Positions 58,416 to 64,000 of a stretch of DNA of 64,000 nt are shown here, one piece after another (position 1 is the first letter of the stretch; each line of letters starts with the position of its first letter). The DNA is taken from assembly GCA_963765495.1 (NCBI GenBank), contig CAVXWP010000005.1, positions 158,531-222,530 on the forward strand, in the 5' to 3' direction. The stretch comes from Blastocatellia bacterium. Lineage in GTDB: Bacteria > Acidobacteriota > Blastocatellia > UBA7656. A program made the position numbers and the translations under genes. The notes below the pieces were generated by a model. It made no database searches, was not told the DNA's origin, and worked only from the letters and a program-made list of their open reading frames with translations.

Positions 58416-59390
58416 CTATATTTTCGTATAGTAGCGTTTCCTGTATTCACGCATTCTATGCGTGCTTGCACATTTTGTTGAACAGCAAATCATATCTTTC
58501 CTGCCTGCCCAGAAATACTTGAAGCAGATAGGGCATTCCTTAACCCGAGCAACCTCTATACCTTCTAGTAGCTGGACTATAGGCGAGGGAGTGAATTTGA
58601 TTTTACCATCTTTACTGATGTAGAAACTCGATGTTGCGGCCCTAGAGTAATAATAGATTCCGCCATAAAATAATTCGGTTTGATGCTCGGGGTGAATCAA
58701 GCAACTTAGTAGCTCTTGTATTACAAGCACAAGTATCAATCTTTGCCGCGCTCTCTGTAATAGTTCTTTTGCAGGGTCTGGATCTATTCGCCATTCTATC
58801 TCAAGCGCTTTATTGATTCTTGCCTTCGCTTTATGAGTAACCTCTTCCAATTCTTGCTCGCTTTTCCCAAGAAGAGAAAGATTGCACCACGCCTGAGTAT
58901 CTGGATTTACATTAACAGGCGTGGTTAGCCAATCTAGCTCTACTTCACCGCCCTGCCCATCATGTAACACAAATGCTCGAAGCGATAGGGGAACCTCTTC
59001 CAACATAGCCTGAAGATATGACCACAGCAATGCAGGAGTATTAGTGCGCCATCTGTTTGGAACTTCTTTGTTTAAGTCTCGAAGATATATTGAAATCTTG
59101 GTTTCCGCGCCGAACTGCCAGTACAGAATGTCTTCCTCATAAAGGAGGAATTTTGAGCTTTGCCGCTTTTTCTCATTCTTTATCGCCCAGGAAGGATGGC
59201 GAAACTGAACAGGAAGAAGGTTGACGAGTTCAATAAGCAAAGCCAGACCGGAAGGGACGGGTACAAGTGCCGGGGTGCGTCTCTTCTTTGAGTTACGGTT
59301 GCTTGTATTTTTTCCCTTCAAACCATAACTGCTAGCTTGATCTTTCTTTGCTGCGTTACGTTTTGCTCTCATTTGATACCTCGATAACAT
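58416..59390 (-). CDS. Hypothetical regulator with C-terminal CGNR-like zinc finger
   Basis: RVKECPICFKYF...CCSTKC..HRMREYR; divergent from Xis-like gene. Confidence 0.65.
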   Translation of the reverse strand: MLSRYQMRAKRNAAKKDQASSYGLKGKNTSNRNSKKRRTPALVPVPSGLALLIELVNLLPVQFRHPSWAIKNEKKRQSSKFLLYEEDILYWQFGAETKISIYLRDLNKEVPNRWRTNTPALLWSYLQAMLEEVPLSLRAFVLHDGQGGEVELDWLTTPVNVNPDTQAWCNLSLLGKSEQELEEVTHKAKARINKALEIEWRIDPDPAKELLQRARQRLILVLVIQELLSCLIHPEHQTELFYGGIYYYSRAATSSFYISKDGKIKFTPSPIVQLLEGIEVARVKECPICFKYFWAGRKDMICCSTKCASTHRMREYRKRYYTKI

Positions 59391-59464
59391 TATTTACATA
59401 TAGCACGGAATGGCCTTAAACTATTTATAGAATTACATTCTATCATAAGGGGTGATTGAGTGCT

Positions 59465-59668
59465 ATGGAGAATCAAAGCGTAACACAGAGGGTTTCTTGG
59501 CGAGTTAAGGAACTGGCCAAAGCGACTGGGTTAAGTGTCAGCTTCCTTCGGAAAGAAATCCGAGAAGGTCGGCTTGTAGCAAAGAAAGCAGGGGCGTCGG
59601 TGATTGTGCTTGATTCTGATTTCAAGCGCTACCTGACAAATGAGACACAAAGTTTATCACAAAAATGA
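59465..59668 (+). CDS. Excisionase/AlpA-like HTH protein
   Basis: VKELAKATGLSVSFLRKEIREGRL.A.K.G. Confidence 0.8.
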   Translation: MENQSVTQRVSWRVKELAKATGLSVSFLRKEIREGRLVAKKAGASVIVLDSDFKRYLTNETQSLSQK

Positions 59669-59720
59669 GCGGGGAATGAGAAACGAGCGGGGCAAGGCCC
59701 AACAGTAAGAGGAAGGTGGC

Positions 59721-62528
59721 GTGAACAGCAAACAATCTCTTTATGGAAGCGTTTTCGAGTTACTTCAGCGCGAAGTAGACCTTGCCTCGCTTGCTGGTCG
59801 TTTTACAGAGCTGAAGCGATGCGGCCAGTTACTGCGTGGCCGTTGCCCTATGCCAAATCACAATGATTCTACGCCTTCTTTTTATATCTATCCTGACGGT
59901 CGAGCGCATTGTTTTGGTTGTGACTTTCATGGCGATGTCGTGGACCTGTGGGCAGCAATCGTAGGAATACAGCCGGGTATCGAGGCCGCACGCGATCTGG
60001 CGCGAGAATACGGTATTCCTTTACCGGATCAAGACCCGGAGGCTCAGAAGAAAGCTGAGCAGCGCAGGCGGAAAGAATCCGATTATGCACGACAGGCGAA
60101 GGGTTGCCATCAGGTTCTTGAGCGGGAAGTAACCATAGCGGAGTGGTGGCAGAATCGAGGATTTGGTGAGGAGTTGCAAAAACAGTTTCTTCTTGGCTCA
60201 AACCGCGACGGCACTGCCGCAGTTATTCCTTTCTGGAACCGTGGTCGCATTCAGGGATTGATTCGCCGCCAACTGAACCGTGAGCCCAAATATCTACTCC
60301 CAAAGGCTGAAGAGTTCCCCACAGGCCACAGGCCGCTTTTCATCCCGGCCTCTGCATACGGTGATCTTCATCTGGTTGAAGGCTCCATTGATGCTTTGGC
60401 GCTTGCTGCATTGCGACTAAACTCCATCGCCGTGGGCGGCACGGGCGTTAGCGAACATCAGAAAGCCGAACTCGAAAGGCTGACCGGCACAATATACATC
60501 TTCCCCGATGCTGATGAGCAAGGCTCTAAAGCGGCGAGGGGCTGGGTGAGAGAATTCTATCCGAAAGCAAAATTAAGTCCTGCTATGTACGGCCAAGGCC
60601 GCAAAGATGTCGCTGACTTGTTTGCTGCTGAGGGCGAGAGGGCTATAGCTAAATTAGAGGAACTCAAAGCGCGGGCTGTTGATGCTCTTGATCTGGCACT
60701 GTCAGAAGCGCCTTCTGGTTCTACACGCGACCGCTACAACTTTGCAAGAGAGCATATCCTCCCACTCTTGCTAAAACTGGACGATGAAGGCGAGAGGTAT
60801 GCTGGCCTGGAGGATGTAGCTAACAAGTTAGACCTGAAGAGTGATCTGAAACGATTGCTCAAGTCCGAGTTAAAGTCTCAGGCTGAATTCGAGCCGGATA
60901 GCGACAAAGAAGCTCAGCAATCGCATACTCCTCTGCCCAGCTCTGAGCGATACAAGAGCGCAATGGAGTTACTTAATAACCCCGATCTGTTGAAGCTCGC
61001 AGTAAACGATATGCAGAGGCTCGGTCACGTCGGCGAATTTAAGACAAAGCAACTTGCTTTCATCTGTGCTCTGAGCGCACGCGCTGGCTATCCTATTCAG
61101 CCTTCAACGCACGCGCAGAGTTCATCTGGCAAGAATGCGCTATGGGATACAGTTCTCGCTTTGATGCCGCCAGAGATTGTTGTAAGTCGCTCTGCTCTCT
61201 CTCCAAAAGCTCTTTACAGGACAGAGGCGAACTTGAAGGGTGGCATTCTCTACATCCAAGAAGTTGCAGGCTCAGAGGATGCAGACTATACCATTCGGGT
61301 GATGCAATCAGGAGGCTGTCTGGAATATGAGGCGACGGAGAAAGCCCCTGACGGCAGTATGCGCAATGTGGTCCATAAAGTCGAAGGGCCTACAGTAATT
61401 ATTCAAACCACGACTAAAAATCATCTGCATCCTGAAAACGAAACCCGCGTCTTCCCGATCTATATTGACGAAAGTGAAGAACAGACCGAGCGCATTATCC
61501 AGAACCTTCTCAAAGAAGCAGCAGGTGATGGATTGCAAGGTAATGAGCGTGAGGCCATCCTTGAGGTGTGGCGCGATGCAATCCGGCTACTTGAGCCCGG
61601 GGAAGTAATTATTCCCTACGCTATGAGAATCCAGATGCCAAGATCAGTAATTCGCATTCGGCGGGATGCTCGCAGGCTACTTGATGTTGTGCGTGTAATC
61701 GCTTGGCTGCATCAACAGCAGAGGAAAAAGGACAGTTCAGGTCGGATTATTGCAAGTGAAGACGACTTCGAGATAGCTCTGAAGCTGGTAAGCGAATCAC
61801 TGAAAAGAGCTTGGCAAACACTCACGCCAGCAGAGCAGAAGGTGCTAGAGACAATCCGAAAACTCTCAAAAGAGAAGCAAACAAGCGGATTCAAGCGTCG
61901 TGACCTGAACGTCGTTGGTATCTCCGACCGTAGGATAAAAGAAATCCTCAAATCACTGGCGGAAACCGGATACCTCGATTGCGATGGCCGACCGGGGCCG
62001 CAGGGCTACACCTTCACAGTGGCGAGGGATGTAGAGAAAATTCATCTTGGTATATCTTTGGCCGCCCAATCGCCCGATAGCAAGCAACCTACTGAAACTA
62101 TTGAAGATATACCGGGCGAAAGCTCATCGCCCGATAGCAGCCCGATGCCCGATAGCTTAGTATCGGGCGATAACGGGCGAAATGTCCATCGCCCGATAAA
62201 CCAGCTTAATTTGCAACAATTAGACCCTATCGGGCGAACAGGCGATGGGAATGTAAAAGAAATAGTTTCAAGCCCTACTGAGGAAGTAATTGCGGGAGAT
62301 GAAATTAGTTGGCGTTTACAGGCGATGCTGGACCAGATACCAGACTCGGGACCGATTCCAGTACTTGTAGCGCGCGAGGCTGTGGAACCCGGGTCGGGTG
62401 AATGTTTAAGTTGTGCAGACTTGCTTCAACCCAGCGATGAAATAATCTGCGTGCCTTGCCGCCAAGCTATGATCCTAGCAATAGCGAAGGTCGAATCAGG
62501 AACCAAAGCAATGAGTGCAGAGGTGTAA
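59721..62528 (+). CDS. Primase-ATPase replication protein (CHC2 zinc finger, TOPRIM, P-loop)
   Basis: CPMPNH..TPSF..HCFGC; LVEGSIDA and PDADEQG; SSSGKN Walker A. Confidence 0.85.
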   Translation: MNSKQSLYGSVFELLQREVDLASLAGRFTELKRCGQLLRGRCPMPNHNDSTPSFYIYPDGRAHCFGCDFHGDVVDLWAAIVGIQPGIEAARDLAREYGIPLPDQDPEAQKKAEQRRRKESDYARQAKGCHQVLEREVTIAEWWQNRGFGEELQKQFLLGSNRDGTAAVIPFWNRGRIQGLIRRQLNREPKYLLPKAEEFPTGHRPLFIPASAYGDLHLVEGSIDALALAALRLNSIAVGGTGVSEHQKAELERLTGTIYIFPDADEQGSKAARGWVREFYPKAKLSPAMYGQGRKDVADLFAAEGERAIAKLEELKARAVDALDLALSEAPSGSTRDRYNFAREHILPLLLKLDDEGERYAGLEDVANKLDLKSDLKRLLKSELKSQAEFEPDSDKEAQQSHTPLPSSERYKSAMELLNNPDLLKLAVNDMQRLGHVGEFKTKQLAFICALSARAGYPIQPSTHAQSSSGKNALWDTVLALMPPEIVVSRSALSPKALYRTEANLKGGILYIQEVAGSEDADYTIRVMQSGGCLEYEATEKAPDGSMRNVVHKVEGPTVIIQTTTKNHLHPENETRVFPIYIDESEEQTERIIQNLLKEAAGDGLQGNEREAILEVWRDAIRLLEPGEVIIPYAMRIQMPRSVIRIRRDARRLLDVVRVIAWLHQQQRKKDSSGRIIASEDDFEIALKLVSESLKRAWQTLTPAEQKVLETIRKLSKEKQTSGFKRRDLNVVGISDRRIKEILKSLAETGYLDCDGRPGPQGYTFTVARDVEKIHLGISLAAQSPDSKQPTETIEDIPGESSSPDSSPMPDSLVSGDNGRNVHRPINQLNLQQLDPIGRTGDGNVKEIVSSPTEEVIAGDEISWRLQAMLDQIPDSGPIPVLVAREAVEPGSGECLSCADLLQPSDEIICVPCRQAMILAIAKVESGTKAMSAEV
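62069..62237. repeat. Iteron-like ATCGCCCGATA repeats in both orientations
   Basis: Copies at 62069, 62126, 62188 (+), 62161, 62227 (-) and partial GCCCGAT/CGGGCGA at 62113, 62140, 62147, 62174. Confidence 0.75.
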
Positions 62529-62530
62529 TA

Positions 62531-62899
62531 ATGAGTAATCAATCCTTTGAAACATATCAACCGGAGAGCAATTTGATCGAAGAGATCGCAGCCGAGGTCG
62601 CCTTGATTCTCAGCCGTCGCCTATCGGCCAGAGATCTCGTGCGGCTGCTTCAAATAATCTTTCTTGAAGTAGACGAAGCCGCCGAGTTATTGCGAGTCAA
62701 GCCCAAGACCATATCGACTTGGATTTCTCAGAGCAAGATACCGGTGCGTTATGCCGGAGGTAGGCCGTTGTTTCTTCTTGCCGAGCTATTGGAGTGGACC
62801 TTGCCGGAGGATGATAAACACACCAGCCATAGACTATCAGTGGCTGCAAGTAGTAAAATTGTAATTGACCGGCTGGCTGCAAATCGGGAGAGGAGCTAA
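62531..62899 (+). CDS. Helix-turn-helix (excisionase-like) protein
   Basis: LEVDEAAELLRVKPKTISTWISQSKIP. Confidence 0.8.
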   Translation: MSNQSFETYQPESNLIEEIAAEVALILSRRLSARDLVRLLQIIFLEVDEAAELLRVKPKTISTWISQSKIPVRYAGGRPLFLLAELLEWTLPEDDKHTSHRLSVAASSKIVIDRLAANRERS

Positions 62900-62903
62900 C
62901 CCG

Positions 62904-63977
62904 ATGCCGGTGTTCAAAAGAGGCTCAGTCTGGTGTTACGCTTTTTGCATCCGGGGCATTCGCTACAGAAGATCGGTCCCTGAAGCAAGAACTAAATGGC
63001 AGGCTGAACAGGCCGAAGCCAAAGCTAAAAACGATGTTTATGAAGGTCGCTTTGGCAGCGAGCCAAGTAATATAACTCTTAAGGAGTTTGTTAAAAAGCA
63101 GTATCTACTCTGGGCAAAGGAAAATAAGCGTTCGTGGCGCAATGACGAATCAAGGTCAAAGCCGATACTCGCTTATTTCAAGAACAAACAGATGCGCGAG
63201 ATTACACGTTTCAATGTCGAGCAGTTCAAAAGGGAGCGAATGGGAAGCTTCAACAAGCGCGGAGAAGTGCGCGCTCCTGCAAGCGTCAACCGTGAATTGC
63301 AACTCCTATCGCGCATCTTCAGTCTCGCCATCGAGCGTGAGCTGATCCACACCAATCCCTGTAAAGGCGTGAAGCTTTGCAGGGTTGGCAACATAGTCAC
63401 ACGCTACCTTACGACCGAAGAAGAGAAGCGACTGCTTGCGTCGTTGACAGGCCGTCGTGCTTACATTCGTGACGTGGTAGCGATTGACCTACACACAGGT
63501 ATGCGGCTTCGTGAAATACTTGGCCTACACAAGAGTCAGGTTGATTTCATCCGTAACGTGATCGAGTTGTTAGAGACGAAATCGGGCAAGCCGCGAACCA
63601 TCCCTATTCATCCCGACATCAAGCCGACACTGCAAAGGCTCTGCGAGCAAGCGGGAGAGAATGGCTACCTGTTTGAAAGCGAGCAAACAGGCAAGCCTAT
63701 CCACGACATCAAGACAGCGTGGCGTAACGCGCTGGATGATGCCGAAATCACGAACCTGCGCTTCCACGATTTGAGGCACACTTTTGGAACGAGGGCCGCA
63801 GATGGGGGCGCGCACGTCAAAGATATTCAGGCCGTCATGGGGCACGCGGATGTTCGCACTACAATGCGATATGTTCACGCGACCGATGAAGGTAGACGTA
63901 GAGTAGTTGAAGCTGCGGCAAAGGGCGGAAGAGAATCTGCCACAAATTTGCCACAGAAGCGAAAGGCGACCAGTTAA
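62904..63977 (+). CDS. Tyrosine recombinase/integrase, intact
   Basis: N-terminal arm-binding region, HTGMRLRE, K(SGK), FHDLRHTF, MGHAD..TTMRYVH; AGGAG RBS. Confidence 0.95.
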   Translation: MPVFKRGSVWCYAFCIRGIRYRRSVPEARTKWQAEQAEAKAKNDVYEGRFGSEPSNITLKEFVKKQYLLWAKENKRSWRNDESRSKPILAYFKNKQMREITRFNVEQFKRERMGSFNKRGEVRAPASVNRELQLLSRIFSLAIERELIHTNPCKGVKLCRVGNIVTRYLTTEEEKRLLASLTGRRAYIRDVVAIDLHTGMRLREILGLHKSQVDFIRNVIELLETKSGKPRTIPIHPDIKPTLQRLCEQAGENGYLFESEQTGKPIHDIKTAWRNALDDAEITNLRFHDLRHTFGTRAADGGAHVKDIQAVMGHADVRTTMRYVHATDEGRRRVVEAAAKGGRESATNLPQKRKATS

Positions 63978-64000
63978 GGCCGCCTGTAAATCATTGATAG

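Larger units (their letters stand above)
28839..64000. mobile_element. ~35 kb integrative element (defence island) inserted at a tRNA(CAT); right end just outside the window
   Basis: tRNA-fragment att on the left, intact integrase on the right, matching TGCCACA arm-type repeat pairs at 29002/29013 and 63938/63949. Confidence 0.8.

Overview
Bacterial chromosomal window, probably Acidobacteriota (acidobacterial duplicated-orphan permease with PadR, heptamer-repeat intergenic arrays). It falls into three zones. (1) 1-8751, core-like genes: two tandem dicarboxylate/amino-acid symporters, a response regulator, and a minus-strand run of aromatic CoA ligase, creatininase-like, GNAT, thioesterase and an orphan DNA methyltransferase. 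(2) About 8800-28838, a decayed accessory patchwork: a BREX-2-like pglZ scrap, a broken DUF6603 gene, ADOP/PadR, arabinofuranosidases, nested IS elements and an N-terminally deleted tyrosine integrase ending at the 3' half of a tRNA(CAT). (3) 28839 to beyond 64000, a roughly 35 kb integrative element. It is bounded by that tRNA fragment and a second, closely related intact integrase, and has a satellite-like backbone (Xis-like HTHs, primase-ATPase with iteron-like repeats). Its cargo is a complete type I BREX locus with an embedded HEPN-like gene and a Fic gene, plus a convergent five-gene operon: Ser/Thr kinase, membrane protein with a J-like N-terminus, GrpE-like protein and two Hsp70s (one frameshifted). 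That operon is the best candidate here for an undescribed defence or signalling system. All calls come from motif recognition by eye; no database searches were run.
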